From Halieaceae bacterium (lineage in GTDB: Bacteria; Pseudomonadota; Gammaproteobacteria; Pseudomonadales; Halieaceae): a stretch of DNA of 44,092 bases. Made by a program: the position numbers and the translations under genes. Shown here piece by piece: positions 1-9,313 of the stretch. The stretch's first letter is position 1. The number at the start of each line of letters is the position of its first letter. The stretch lies in contig NYTG01000087.1 of NCBI GenBank assembly GCA_002683395.1, positions 1 through 44,092 of the forward strand, written 5' to 3'. The notes under the pieces were generated by a model, which made no database searches, was not told the origin of the DNA, and saw only the letters and a list, made by a program, of their open reading frames with translations.

Positions 1-100
1 CGATCGACCTTGGAAGGGTCCTTGCCCGAGAAAGCTCCACCTCCATGGCGCGCCATGGAGGTGGAGCTTTCTCGGGCAAGGACCCTTCCAAGGTCGATCG
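1..100. repeat. Perfect 100-bp palindrome (fold-back inverted repeat, 50-bp arms, no spacer), probable chimera/assembly artifact
   Basis: Bases 1-50 are the exact reverse complement of 51-100, centred on ATGGCG|CGCCAT inside metK. Confidence 0.97.
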
Positions 101-440
101 CTCAGCGGCCTATGCCGGGCGTTACGTCGCCAAGAATATTGTTGCAGCGGGCCTAGCCCGCCGCTGTGAGGTACAGGTGTCCTACGCTATTGGCGTCGCG
201 GAACCCACCTCAATTTCAGTCAACACTTTCGGTACAGCCACCCTTGCCGATGACGCGATCGTTGCACTGATTCGCGAGCACTTTGATCTGCGGCCAAAAG
301 GTCTTATCAATATGCTCGATCTGAAGCGCCCTATTTACCGTACTACCGCCGCGTATGGCCATTTTGGTCGTTCGGGTGACAGCTTTACCTGGGAGCGCAC
401 CGACAGGGCCGAAGCCCTTCGCGCGGCCGCCGGGCTTTAA
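45..440 (+). CDS. metK: S-adenosylmethionine synthetase, C-terminal part only (5' truncated)
   Basis: [23 protein letters not shown] and TAAYGHFGR signatures. The N-terminal two thirds are absent and replaced by the fold-back arm. Confidence 0.97.
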   Translation: MARHGGGAFSGKDPSKVDRSAAYAGRYVAKNIVAAGLARRCEVQVSYAIGVAEPTSISVNTFGTATLADDAIVALIREHFDLRPKGLINMLDLKRPIYRTTAAYGHFGRSGDSFTWERTDRAEALRAAAGL

Positions 441-467
441 CCCTCAGACTCCAAGAGAGACCACATT

Positions 468-1859
468 ATGAACACTGCTGTTGAACAAAGCGTTTTTGCC
501 GACTACAAAGTCGCGGACATCCATCTGGCCGACTGGGGCCGAAGGGAACTGGAGATCGCTGAGAGCGAGATGCCCGCGCTGATAGCCCTGCGAGAGCAAT
601 ACCGGGATGCACAACCGCTAGCCGGTGCAAAAATTCTTGGCTGCATCCATATGACGATCCAGACCGGTGTTCTGATCGAAACGCTGGTAGCGTTGGGCGC
701 AGAAGTGCGCTGGTCTTCGTGCAATATTTTCTCGACTCAGGATCACGCCGCAGCGGCCATTGCCGCAGCCGGCATTCCCGTTTTTGCCTGGAAAGGCGAG
801 ACAGAGGAAGAGTATGAGTGGTGTATTGAGCAAACCATTCTCGAGGACGGCAAGCCTTGGGACGCCAATATGGTGCTCGATGACGGTGGCGACCTGACCG
901 CCATGCTGCATGAGCAGTACCCCGAGATGCTCGAGCGCATACACGGCATTACTGAAGAAACCACTACGGGCGTGCATCGCCTCTACGACATGCTCGCCAA
1001 TGGCGAATTGAAGGTGCCGGCGATTAACGTCAACGACGCGGTGACCAAATCCAAAAACGACAACAAGTACGGCTGTCGACACAGTCTGAACGACGCCATC
1101 AAGCGCGGGCTCGATCATCTGTTGGCAGGGAAGCGAGCGCTGGTGATTGGCTATGGCGATGTCGGAAAAGGGTCCGCCCAGTCTCTCCGGCAGGAAGGCA
1201 TGATCGTACGAGTCACTGAATGCGATCCAATCTGCGCCATGCAGGCCTGTATGGATGGCTTCGAAGTTGTCTCGCCGTTTATCGACGGCGTGGACGACGG
1301 CTCTGACAGCTGTATCAATACAGACCTGTTGGGCACCACCGACATGCTGGTCACCGCCACGGGTAATTTCAATGTTTGCTCAGCACCCATGCTGCGGGCG
1401 CTGAAGTGCAGCGCCGTGGTATGCAATATCGGACACTTCGATAACGAGATTGATACCGCCTACATGCGCGCCGAGTGGCAGTGGGAAGAAATCAAACCCC
1501 AGGTGCATAAAGTGGTCCGAGATGCCGCCAGCAACGATCACTTATTGCTACTCTCAGAGGGTCGACTAGTGAACCTAGGCAATGCAACCGGGCATCCCTC
1601 GCGTATCATGGACGGCTCATTCGCCAACCAAGTATTGGCACAGATCCACCTGTATGAGAAACGATTTGCCGATCTATCCGGCGACGCACGGCAGGATGCG
1701 ATCACAGTCGAGGTGCTTCCCAAGCAGCTCGACGAACAGGTCGCCGCGTTCATGGTAGAGGGCTTTGGTGGTGTGATGACCAAACTGACGCCCAAGCAGG
1801 CGGACTATATCGGCGTGGGTGCCGACGGCCCCTTCAAAACCGACAGCTATAAGTACTGA
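468..1859 (+). CDS. ahcY: Adenosylhomocysteinase (SAH hydrolase)
   Basis: [33 protein letters not shown] and [14 protein letters not shown] motifs; follows metK. Confidence 0.98.
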   Translation: MNTAVEQSVFADYKVADIHLADWGRRELEIAESEMPALIALREQYRDAQPLAGAKILGCIHMTIQTGVLIETLVALGAEVRWSSCNIFSTQDHAAAAIAAAGIPVFAWKGETEEEYEWCIEQTILEDGKPWDANMVLDDGGDLTAMLHEQYPEMLERIHGITEETTTGVHRLYDMLANGELKVPAINVNDAVTKSKNDNKYGCRHSLNDAIKRGLDHLLAGKRALVIGYGDVGKGSAQSLRQEGMIVRVTECDPICAMQACMDGFEVVSPFIDGVDDGSDSCINTDLLGTTDMLVTATGNFNVCSAPMLRALKCSAVVCNIGHFDNEIDTAYMRAEWQWEEIKPQVHKVVRDAASNDHLLLLSEGRLVNLGNATGHPSRIMDGSFANQVLAQIHLYEKRFADLSGDARQDAITVEVLPKQLDEQVAAFMVEGFGGVMTKLTPKQADYIGVGADGPFKTDSYKY

Positions 1860-1874
1860 GGCTTTTGCGGACGG

Positions 1875-2606
1875 GTGCGTATCACTCGACTTTTTACTGA
1901 CCAGCCCCTCGCGTCGGGCACCCGGGTGCTACTGGAAGGTGGTGCTGCAAAACACCTTGGGCGCGCGCTTCGGGCACGCATCGGAGATGCCGTCTGCCTG
2001 TTCAATGGCGACGGCCGCGAGTTTGCAGCGGCGGTCACCGGTATTGATAAACAGACCGTGTCTCTCGAGGTAGGAACAGCCTCCGCGCCCGATACCGAGT
2101 CGCGTATTCACACCACGCTGGGCCTTTGCCTGAGCAAAGGCGATCGATTTGACTGGGCCATACAAAAGGCCACCGAGCTGGGTATCGGCGCTATCGCCCC
2201 TCTCTATAGCGATCGCGTTGACTTTACTATTCCGGCAGATCGGATGGAAAAGCGCGTCGCCCACTGGCAACAGGTTGTTATCAGTGCCTGTGAGCAATGT
2301 GGGAGAGTCAGGGTGCCTGCTGTCGCGACGCCACAGCCATTGGAGAAATGGGTCGAAGCGGCGGTGGCCGACCAAAAATGGGTGCTGCACTGCGGCGATG
2401 GTGACACGCGTGTCCCCAAGGCGGTTCCTGCCCGAGTGGCACTATTGATTGGCCCCGAGGGAGGGCTAGCCGATGAGGAAATGACGGCCGCTAGGGGACA
2501 TGGTTTTGACGTGTTGCAGCTGGGTCCGCGAGTGCTGCGCACCGAAACCGCACCGGTCGTAGCGCTGTCAGTGCTGGGCGCACACTGGGGAGACATCCCG
2601 CTTTAG
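1875..2606 (+). CDS. rsmE: 16S rRNA m3U1498 methyltransferase
   Basis: QKATELG, ACEQCGR, IGPEGG and LGPRVLRTETA SPOUT motifs. Confidence 0.96.
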   Translation: MRITRLFTDQPLASGTRVLLEGGAAKHLGRALRARIGDAVCLFNGDGREFAAAVTGIDKQTVSLEVGTASAPDTESRIHTTLGLCLSKGDRFDWAIQKATELGIGAIAPLYSDRVDFTIPADRMEKRVAHWQQVVISACEQCGRVRVPAVATPQPLEKWVEAAVADQKWVLHCGDGDTRVPKAVPARVALLIGPEGGLADEEMTAARGHGFDVLQLGPRVLRTETAPVVALSVLGAHWGDIPL

Positions 2607-2650
2607 CAGATGCTATTAAAGCACTTCAACCGCAGCAATCAGCGACCGGA

Positions 2651-3901
2651 CTACTTATCATGTTGCGCCCGGACCCACTCAAGCCAGCTCGCGGCGGCGT
2701 TCAGATAGTGACTGGTGCGCGGCGAGTGGAAGATCTCAAAGGCGTGCTGAGCGCGCGGCAATTCTGCATAAACTAAGGGTGTGGTTGTGAGGGGACTGAA
2801 TTCCGCGACGAACCGCCTAACCTCCTCAACCCAGACCAGAGAATCATGGGTGCCCTGCACAATGCAGAAAGGGGGGGCGCCCTTTGCAACCCCAGTGCGA
2901 TGAATCCAGGAAATGGGCGATCCATCCTCAAAGACCGTCGGGGCCGCCTCGCGAGTCTGCTGAATAATGCGCCGCGAAATGAAGCCATCCATGCGATCCT
3001 GTTGGCGAATGCCATGGCGGTTAGTGAAGTCGACCACCGGATACAGAGCCAATACGCCCTGAACCGCTGTGTCGGCACCCTCAAAACCCGCTTGCCAGTC
3101 TGCATGACCGGGAGAGAGCCCCGCGAGCAGTGACAGGTGGCCCCCGGCTGAGCCGCCGGTAATCACCACAAAATCGGGATCACCGCCATATTCTGCAATA
3201 TTGGCTTTGACCCAGGCGATGGCTTTTTTGACGTCGATGATCTGAGCCGGGTACGCGTTTTTGGGTGCGAGCCGGTAATTAATAGACACGCCAACCCAGC
3301 CCATTTCAACCATTCGATGCAATAAAGGCTGCGCCTGTTCGGACTTATGTCCCATCATCCAAGCACCACCATGTACCTGAAGCAGCACAGGCCGCCGCTC
3401 ACTTTTCGTCACCGGAAGGTACACGTCCAGCCGCCCGCGTTTACCGGTGGTGGAATAACTCAGATTCCGCACATAGCGCACCCCGGGGCGTCGAAATCGA
3501 AATGGCCATAACCACTCACGGCTGAAGATCTGATGTTCAAGCCTGGCGCGTCGTGCCTCAGGAATATCCGTCAAAAAATGCGGGCCCAGCGCGACCCGCA
3601 ACGCACGACTAAAAGCCACGCCGGCATCGAATCCATCCCTGAGCACCCACGCCAAAAGCCCCCAAGTGCCCAAAAAAGCTGACAGCCCCCATGCAAATCC
3701 CGGGCTATCTGTGCCGATCAATACCACCCATAGCGCAACGAAGATCGCCTGCAGACCGATGCACCAAATTGCCAACTCTCCGGTTAACCAGCCGCAGAGA
3801 AACCAGAGCCAGACTGCCCAGCCAATGCGCCGAACCTGCAATACCGCAGAGACCGCAAAAAACAGGCTCAGGCAGGCGACGACGACAAAAAGATGGTCCA
3901 T
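2651..3901 (-). CDS. Membrane-anchored alpha/beta hydrolase (HSL-family esterase/lipase)
   Basis: HGGAW oxyanion motif, NYRLAP, GGSAGG nucleophile elbow, candidate Asp (HDSLV) and His (AQHAF). Several N-terminal hydrophobic segments. Start moved to ATG 3901 because the longer ORF overlaps gshB. Confidence 0.88.
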   Translation of the reverse strand: MDHLFVVVACLSLFFAVSAVLQVRRIGWAVWLWFLCGWLTGELAIWCIGLQAIFVALWVVLIGTDSPGFAWGLSAFLGTWGLLAWVLRDGFDAGVAFSRALRVALGPHFLTDIPEARRARLEHQIFSREWLWPFRFRRPGVRYVRNLSYSTTGKRGRLDVYLPVTKSERRPVLLQVHGGAWMMGHKSEQAQPLLHRMVEMGWVGVSINYRLAPKNAYPAQIIDVKKAIAWVKANIAEYGGDPDFVVITGGSAGGHLSLLAGLSPGHADWQAGFEGADTAVQGVLALYPVVDFTNRHGIRQQDRMDGFISRRIIQQTREAAPTVFEDGSPISWIHRTGVAKGAPPFCIVQGTHDSLVWVEEVRRFVAEFSPLTTTPLVYAELPRAQHAFEIFHSPRTSHYLNAAASWLEWVRAQHDK

Positions 3902-4009
3902 AACGTGTTCCAAAAAGTCCCAAAATACCCTGCTTTTCGGGCGGGAGGAGGTTGCGGGGATGGGCTCTGGATCGCAAGATATCAGGCCCTTCTCCGAGAG
4001 GACCTCAAC

Positions 4010-4963
4010 ATGAGCCTCAAGCTCGGTGTAGTGATGGATCCCATTGGATCGATTCACTACAAAAAAGATACCACGCTTGCGCTTCTTTGGGCGGCGCAGG
4101 ACCGCGGGTGGTCACTATTTTACATTGAGCCCGATGGGCTGTATCTCGATGGCAAGACGCCCATGGCAGCGGGGCAAGGACTGACTGTCCATCGAGATCC
4201 GGAGCACTGGTGCGACCTGGCAGAGGCGACCTCGATACCGCTCGCCGAGTGCAATGTGCTGTTGATGCGAAAAGACCCGCCGTTCGATATGGAATACATT
4301 TACGCTACCTACCTGCTGGAACGTGCTGAGCAGCAGGGCGCGCTAGTCGTTAACCGATGCCAGAGTCTCAGAGATTGCAATGAGAAGCTGTTTGCCACTG
4401 AATTCCCTGAGTGCTGCCCGCCACTCCTGGTCAGCCGAAATATGGCCAACCTGAGGTCATTTCATGCGCAATACGGAGACGTGATATTCAAACCTCTGGA
4501 TGGGATGGGCGGCAGTGCGATTTTTCGCGCTCGGCAAGATGATCCCAATGTCAGTGTGATTCTGGAAACACTGACCCAGTCAGGCAATCAGACCATCATG
4601 GCGCAGCAGTATCTGCCAGCAATCAACGACGGGGACAAACGCATTCTGATGATCAATGGCGAAGCCGTGCCCTGGTGTCTGGCCCGAGTGCCTCTGGCGG
4701 GAGAGAGCCGCGGCAACCTAGCGGCCGGCGGGTCAGGGCGAGTCCAGCCCCTGTCAGAGCGAGATCAGTGGATTGCGGCGCAAATCGGGCCCACACTAAA
4801 AGCGCGCGGTCTGTATTTTGTGGGTCTCGACATCATTGGCGACTACCTCACCGAGATTAACGTGACCAGTCCTACCTGCCTCCGGGAGATCGAAGCAGAA
4901 TCGGGGCTCGACATTGCCGGACAGCTGCTCGACAGCCTCCCTGTCGGAGGGCCCTCATCCTGA
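4010..4963 (+). CDS. gshB: Glutathione synthetase
   Basis: MSLKLGVVMDPI start with GAGAGGA SD; MRKDPPFD, KPLDGMGG, RGNLAAGG and EINVTSPTC motifs. Confidence 0.97.
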   Translation: MSLKLGVVMDPIGSIHYKKDTTLALLWAAQDRGWSLFYIEPDGLYLDGKTPMAAGQGLTVHRDPEHWCDLAEATSIPLAECNVLLMRKDPPFDMEYIYATYLLERAEQQGALVVNRCQSLRDCNEKLFATEFPECCPPLLVSRNMANLRSFHAQYGDVIFKPLDGMGGSAIFRARQDDPNVSVILETLTQSGNQTIMAQQYLPAINDGDKRILMINGEAVPWCLARVPLAGESRGNLAAGGSGRVQPLSERDQWIAAQIGPTLKARGLYFVGLDIIGDYLTEINVTSPTCLREIEAESGLDIAGQLLDSLPVGGPSS

Positions 4964-4977
4964 ATGACGCCACGCCT

Positions 4978-5637
4978 ATGGCCCAGATAACCACTCCCAC
5001 AGGCTTGCCACCGGCATTTGTCCTGTCGCTTGGCCTGCATTTAGTGGTGATCTTCGGATTTCTCATTTCGCCTGCCGGAGACTCTGCGGTGCAGGTGGCT
5101 AATCGCGCCGTCACCGTGTTGCTTGCACCGACGCAGCAGGCACCGAAGCGCGCATTGGCCGATGCCGCAGCGCATCAGCAGGGCGCTGAACCAGAACGTT
5201 TGGCCAACAGGCCACCCAGTCAGCCTTCTGAGCTACCAACACTAACCACTGCCTCTGCATCCATCAGCACGCGACAGACCGGGCTAACGATGACGTCCCT
5301 TGCCGCTCGTTCTGCCCACCCCACGGTAGCCGCGCAAGCGGCACTGGATGCGGAGTACCTGCGACAGTGGCAAGCCGGTATCGAGCGTTTTGGCAATGCC
5401 TACTATCGAGGTCTCGCACTGCGACACGGCGACGGCGACGTGCGGCTTCGCGTTACGGTGCGCGCCGATGGCAGACTACTCAAGATTGATCTGCTGGGTA
5501 GCTCTGGTACCGATGCCCTCGACCGCGCTGCCATTGATACGGTAGAAAAGCTGGCGCCCTTTGCCCCTTTCCCACCCGCATTGGCGGGCGAGGAATCAGA
5601 GCTCGCCATTGTCCGCACCTGGCAGTTCCGGCACTGA
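4978..5637 (+). CDS. TonB-family energy transducer (short, TonB3-like by position)
   Basis: N-terminal TM helix with SxxxH (SLGLH); C-terminal TonB_C-like domain (SSGTDALDRAAI...APFAPFP...IVRTWQF); lies between gshB and yqgE as in pseudomonads. Confidence 0.8.
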   Translation: MAQITTPTGLPPAFVLSLGLHLVVIFGFLISPAGDSAVQVANRAVTVLLAPTQQAPKRALADAAAHQQGAEPERLANRPPSQPSELPTLTTASASISTRQTGLTMTSLAARSAHPTVAAQAALDAEYLRQWQAGIERFGNAYYRGLALRHGDGDVRLRVTVRADGRLLKIDLLGSSGTDALDRAAIDTVEKLAPFAPFPPALAGEESELAIVRTWQFRH

Positions 5638-5651
5638 CCGGCAGCGAAAAA

Positions 5652-6236
5652 ATGCCCGCCGAAGTGAGCAACCAGATCGACAGCCCGCCATCGCTCCGCG
5701 GCCACTTTTTGATTGCCACGCCTGTCATCGGCAGTGGTTTTTTTAATCGTTCGCTCACCTATCTTTGCGATCACAATACAGAAGGGGCGATGGGTATTGT
5801 CGTCAACCAAAGTCTCAATATCAGCCTATCCGATATGCTGGGCCATCTCGATATTGAAGCCATCCCAGAATGCCCCGACACGCCCATCCTTGCCGGCGGG
5901 CCCGTGGCAACGGACCACGGCTTCGTCCTGCACCATGGGGATCCCGGCTGGGAGGGCAGTCACGCTGTCACCGAGACAATCAGTCTTACCGGCTCCCGAG
6001 ATATACTGTGTGCCATTGCGGCAGGTAACGGCCCAAAAGAGTATTTAGTGGCACTCGGCTATGCAGGCTGGGCTGCTGGCCAACTGGAAGCGGAGATGGC
6101 AGAGAACAGCTGGCTCACGGTCCCGGCACACCTCGACATTCTATTTGCAAGCGCTATTGAGGATCGGCTAGCCGCAGCGGGGCGACAGCTGGGTATCGAT
6201 GTCGACCTTTTGAGCGCTGAGGCAGGTCACGCCTGA
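5652..6236 (+). CDS. yqgE: YqgE/AlgH family protein (UPF0301)
   Basis: FLIATP, GAMGIVVN, GGPV and LGYAGWAAGQLEAEMAENSW motifs. Confidence 0.95.
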   Translation: MPAEVSNQIDSPPSLRGHFLIATPVIGSGFFNRSLTYLCDHNTEGAMGIVVNQSLNISLSDMLGHLDIEAIPECPDTPILAGGPVATDHGFVLHHGDPGWEGSHAVTETISLTGSRDILCAIAAGNGPKEYLVALGYAGWAAGQLEAEMAENSWLTVPAHLDILFASAIEDRLAAAGRQLGIDVDLLSAEAGHA

Positions 6237-6238
6237 TT

Positions 6239-6658
6239 ATGGCTCAACACGAAACGGTGATCGCAATAGATTACGGCCTGCGCAATATGGGCGTGGCAGT
6301 GGGCAACACCCTCTCCTGCACGGCACAGCCTCTGGCGGTGATCGGCGCTCGAGACGGGGTGCCGGAATGGGAGACGCTGGCTACCCTGATAGCTGAGTGG
6401 CAGCCTGCTCGGGTGATCGTGGGTCACCCCATCAATATGGATGGCTCGGAAAGCGAGATCAGCCAAAGAGCGACCCGGTTTGCCCGTCAGGTAGGCGGCC
6501 GCTTCAACCTGCCGGTGACGCTAGTGGACGAGCGACTATCGAGTCGAGAAGCAAAGTCCAATGCGCTGGCTGCGGGGCACCGGGGAGATTTTGCAGCAGA
6601 CCCGATCGATGATCAGGCTGCGGCCATCATTCTCGCTACCTGGCTCAGCGACCAGTAG
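6239..6658 (+). CDS. ruvX: YqgF/RuvX RNase H-like nuclease (pre-16S rRNA processing)
   Basis: IAIDYG..MGVAVG, VGHP, VDERLSS and IDDQAAAIIL motifs; follows yqgE. Confidence 0.94.
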   Translation: MAQHETVIAIDYGLRNMGVAVGNTLSCTAQPLAVIGARDGVPEWETLATLIAEWQPARVIVGHPINMDGSESEISQRATRFARQVGGRFNLPVTLVDERLSSREAKSNALAAGHRGDFAADPIDDQAAAIILATWLSDQ

Positions 6659-6661
6659 GCC

Positions 6662-7702
6662 TCAGGCAGTAATACTGTCGGGTTGCCGCGCTTTCTCGCG
6701 CGCTTCCTCTGCCGTGATAATGCGCTTCTCGACCAGCATCTGCAGACACTGGTCCATCGTCTGCATACCAATGGCCTGACCAGTCTGAATGGCCGAGTAC
6801 ATTTGTGCCACTTTGTCCTCGCGAATAAGATTTCGGATCGCCGACGTCCCGCGCATGATCTCGTGGGCAGCAACACGACCCCCTCCTTTTTTCTTGAGGA
6901 GCGTCTGTGAAATGACGGCCTGTAGTGACTCAGATAGCATCGAGCGCACCATGGCTTTCTCTGCCGCAGGGAATACATCGATCACACGGTCGATCGTCTT
7001 GGCCGCAGAGGTTGTGTGGAGCGTGCCAAAAACAAGATGCCCCGTCTCGGCGGCGGTCAAAGCAAGACGGATTGTCTCAAGGTCACGCATCTCGCCCACC
7101 AGAATAATGTCGGGATCCTCGCGCAAAGCCGAGCGCAACGCTTCAGAGAAACCCAGCGTGTCGCGGTGGACTTCTCGCTGATTCACCAGGCACCGCTTGC
7201 TCTCATGGACAAACTCGATAGGATCCTCAATCGTGAGGATATGGTCGTACCGGTTGTCGTTAACGAAATCGACCATCGCCGCGAGGGTCGTCGATTTACC
7301 CGAGCCAGTTGGTCCGGTGACCAAAACCAGACCTCGGGGCAGCATGGAGATATCCCGGAACACCTGTCCCATGCCAAGCTGATCCATCGACAGCACCTCC
7401 GAAGGAATCGATCGGAATACCGCTCCTGCACCGCGATTGTGATTAAAGGCGTTAACCCGAAAGCGGGCCACATTGGGCACTTCGAAGGAAAAATCCGTCT
7501 CGAGAAACTCTTCGAAGTCCTTGCGCTGCCGGTCATTCATGATGTCGTAGATCAACGCCTGCACCCCAGCGTGATCCTGAGCCGGCACGTTGACGCGTCG
7601 AACGTCGCCATCGACCCGAATCATGGGCGGCAAGCCTGCGGAGAGGTGGAGGTCGGAAGCGCCCTGCTGGACGCTGAAAGCGAGTAGTTCAGTGATATCC
7701 AT
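6662..7702 (-). CDS. pilT: Type IV pilus retraction ATPase
   Basis: MDITELLAFS start, GPTGSGKS Walker A, EDPIE Asp box, LVGEMRD Walker B, TLHT His box, PilT-specific AIRNLIRE. Confidence 0.97.
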   Translation of the reverse strand: MDITELLAFSVQQGASDLHLSAGLPPMIRVDGDVRRVNVPAQDHAGVQALIYDIMNDRQRKDFEEFLETDFSFEVPNVARFRVNAFNHNRGAGAVFRSIPSEVLSMDQLGMGQVFRDISMLPRGLVLVTGPTGSGKSTTLAAMVDFVNDNRYDHILTIEDPIEFVHESKRCLVNQREVHRDTLGFSEALRSALREDPDIILVGEMRDLETIRLALTAAETGHLVFGTLHTTSAAKTIDRVIDVFPAAEKAMVRSMLSESLQAVISQTLLKKKGGGRVAAHEIMRGTSAIRNLIREDKVAQMYSAIQTGQAIGMQTMDQCLQMLVEKRIITAEEAREKARQPDSITA

Positions 7703-7727
7703 GTCAAAGTCTCCGCGGTTGTCGGAC

Positions 7728-7757
7728 TAGCACATGGTGGATCAACTTCCTTATGAT
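7728..7757 (+). promoter_or_regulatory. Candidate sigma70 promoter of the yggS-proC operon (possibly leaderless)
   Basis: TAGCAC-18nt-TATGAT followed by 6 nt and the ATG at 7764. Confidence 0.4.
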
Positions 7758-7763
7758 GCCATC

Positions 7764-8468
7764 ATGACACCTACAGAACTTGAACGTAATATATCAGAAG
7801 TCGATCGCCGAATTCGGGCGGCTGAGCGCGTTGCGGGGCGATCGGCGGGATCGGTTTCCTTGCTGGCGGTGAGTAAAACCAAGCCTTCTGAAGTCGTTCG
7901 CCAGGCCCATCGGCTGGGTCTCAACGCATTTGGTGAAAATTACGCACAGGAAATGGCCGAAAAAGCCGCCGCACTCGCCGACCTGCCCCTTTGCTGGCAC
8001 TTCATAGGCCCAATACAAAGCAACAAGACGGCGCTGATTGCCGAGGTCAGCGACTGGGTCCACAGCCTGGACCGACTCAAAGTAGCGCGACGGCTTAGTG
8101 AGCAACGACCGGCCGAGAAAGGACCATTAAATGTGCTGATACAGGTCAAAACATCGGACGAGGACAGCAAATCGGGTGTGCTACCGGAGGCCGTGCCGGA
8201 GCTGGTCGCGGCTATCACCGAACTCCCCGGCCTGGCCCTGCGCGGATTGATGACCATCCCCGCGCCCGCTACCAACCCCACCCTGCAGCGCGGTCCCTTT
8301 CGGCAGCTCCGCGAACTGATGGGTCAGCTGTCAATCACCCTGCCTCAACTCAACATTCTCTCAATGGGCATGTCAGCGGACCTGGAAGCGGCGGTTGCCG
8401 AAGGCGCGCATATGGTACGTATTGGCACAGATATTTTTGGCGCGCGGTATAATCAGGTTCGTTCGTGA
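7764..8468 (+). CDS. yggS: PLP homeostasis protein YggS
   Basis: LLAVSKT, FGENYAQE, WHFIGPIQSNK, LSMGMSADL and VRIGTDIFGAR motifs. Alternative start at 7734. Confidence 0.96.
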   Translation: MTPTELERNISEVDRRIRAAERVAGRSAGSVSLLAVSKTKPSEVVRQAHRLGLNAFGENYAQEMAEKAAALADLPLCWHFIGPIQSNKTALIAEVSDWVHSLDRLKVARRLSEQRPAEKGPLNVLIQVKTSDEDSKSGVLPEAVPELVAAITELPGLALRGLMTIPAPATNPTLQRGPFRQLRELMGQLSITLPQLNILSMGMSADLEAAVAEGAHMVRIGTDIFGARYNQVRS

Positions 8469-9313
8469 CGGACAAGCGCCATCCCATGTCAGCAAAAATG
8501 GCACCTCACATAGCCTTTCTGGGTGCGGGCAATATGGCCAGCGCCATGATCAGCGGTCTTATCGCCGAAGGCTTCTCGCCCAACCAGCTGCGCGCCAGCG
8601 ACCCCAGCGAGGCCGCGTTGGCACGTCTGCAGGAATACGGCTTAACCCGCTTGGGCACCACTCCGGATGAAATATTCGAGGGCGCCGATCTGACCGTAGC
8701 GGCCGTCAAACCACAAATTATTCCGAGCGCGTTGGCGTCGATAAAAGGGCAGCTAGGTCCCGACTCCGCGCTGCTCTCAATAGCCGCCGGTATTCCTATT
8801 GCTTCATTACAGTCCCATGTGGGTCCCGACGTATCAGTGATTCGCTGCATGCCCAATACGCCCGCCATGATCGGTTTGGGTGCCAGCGCATTATTTGCCG
8901 CAGACACCGTCAGTGCGTCCCAGCGGTCATTGGCAGAGCAGGTCACGAATGCAGCGGGCACAACCGTCTGGGTGGCTAGCGAAGCGCTCCTTGACGCCGT
9001 AACCGCCGTGTCCGGAAGCGGCCCCGCCTATTTTTTTGCGCTCATTGAAGCCATCGCCCGAGCGGGAACTGAGCTGGGCTTGGATGAGGATATCTCAATG
9101 GCGCTGACCATACAGACGGCCTTGGGTGCTGCAGCACTTGCCCAACAATCTGGCGAAGGCGTCGCCACGCTGCGGGAGAACGTTACTAGCCCGGGCGGCA
9201 CAACGGAACAGGCACTGCAGTCGCTGCAAACCAGTCAATTTGATGCCGTCGTGGCGGAAGCGGTTCGCCAATGTGCGGCTCGCGCCCGGACACTGGGAGA
9301 GGAATTCGGTTAA
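8465..9313 (+). CDS. proC: Pyrroline-5-carboxylate reductase
   Basis: GAGNMA, AVKPQ, MPNTP, SGSGPAY and VTSPGGTT motifs. Start could be 8465, 8486 or 8498. Confidence 0.96.
   Translation: MTDKRHPMSAKMAPHIAFLGAGNMASAMISGLIAEGFSPNQLRASDPSEAALARLQEYGLTRLGTTPDEIFEGADLTVAAVKPQIIPSALASIKGQLGPDSALLSIAAGIPIASLQSHVGPDVSVIRCMPNTPAMIGLGASALFAADTVSASQRSLAEQVTNAAGTTVWVASEALLDAVTAVSGSGPAYFFALIEAIARAGTELGLDEDISMALTIQTALGAAALAQQSGEGVATLRENVTSPGGTTEQALQSLQTSQFDAVVAEAVRQCAARARTLGEEFG

Noticed and set aside
441-467. SAH/SAM riboswitch upstream of ahcY
   Set aside because: The spacer is only 27 nt, too short for an aptamer.
3893-4057. Apparent head-to-head overlap of gshB and the esterase in the ORF track
   Set aside because: It disappears once the supported starts (3901 minus, 4010 plus) are used. 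The same applies to the extended ORFs for yaaA, mutM, rpoH and yicC.
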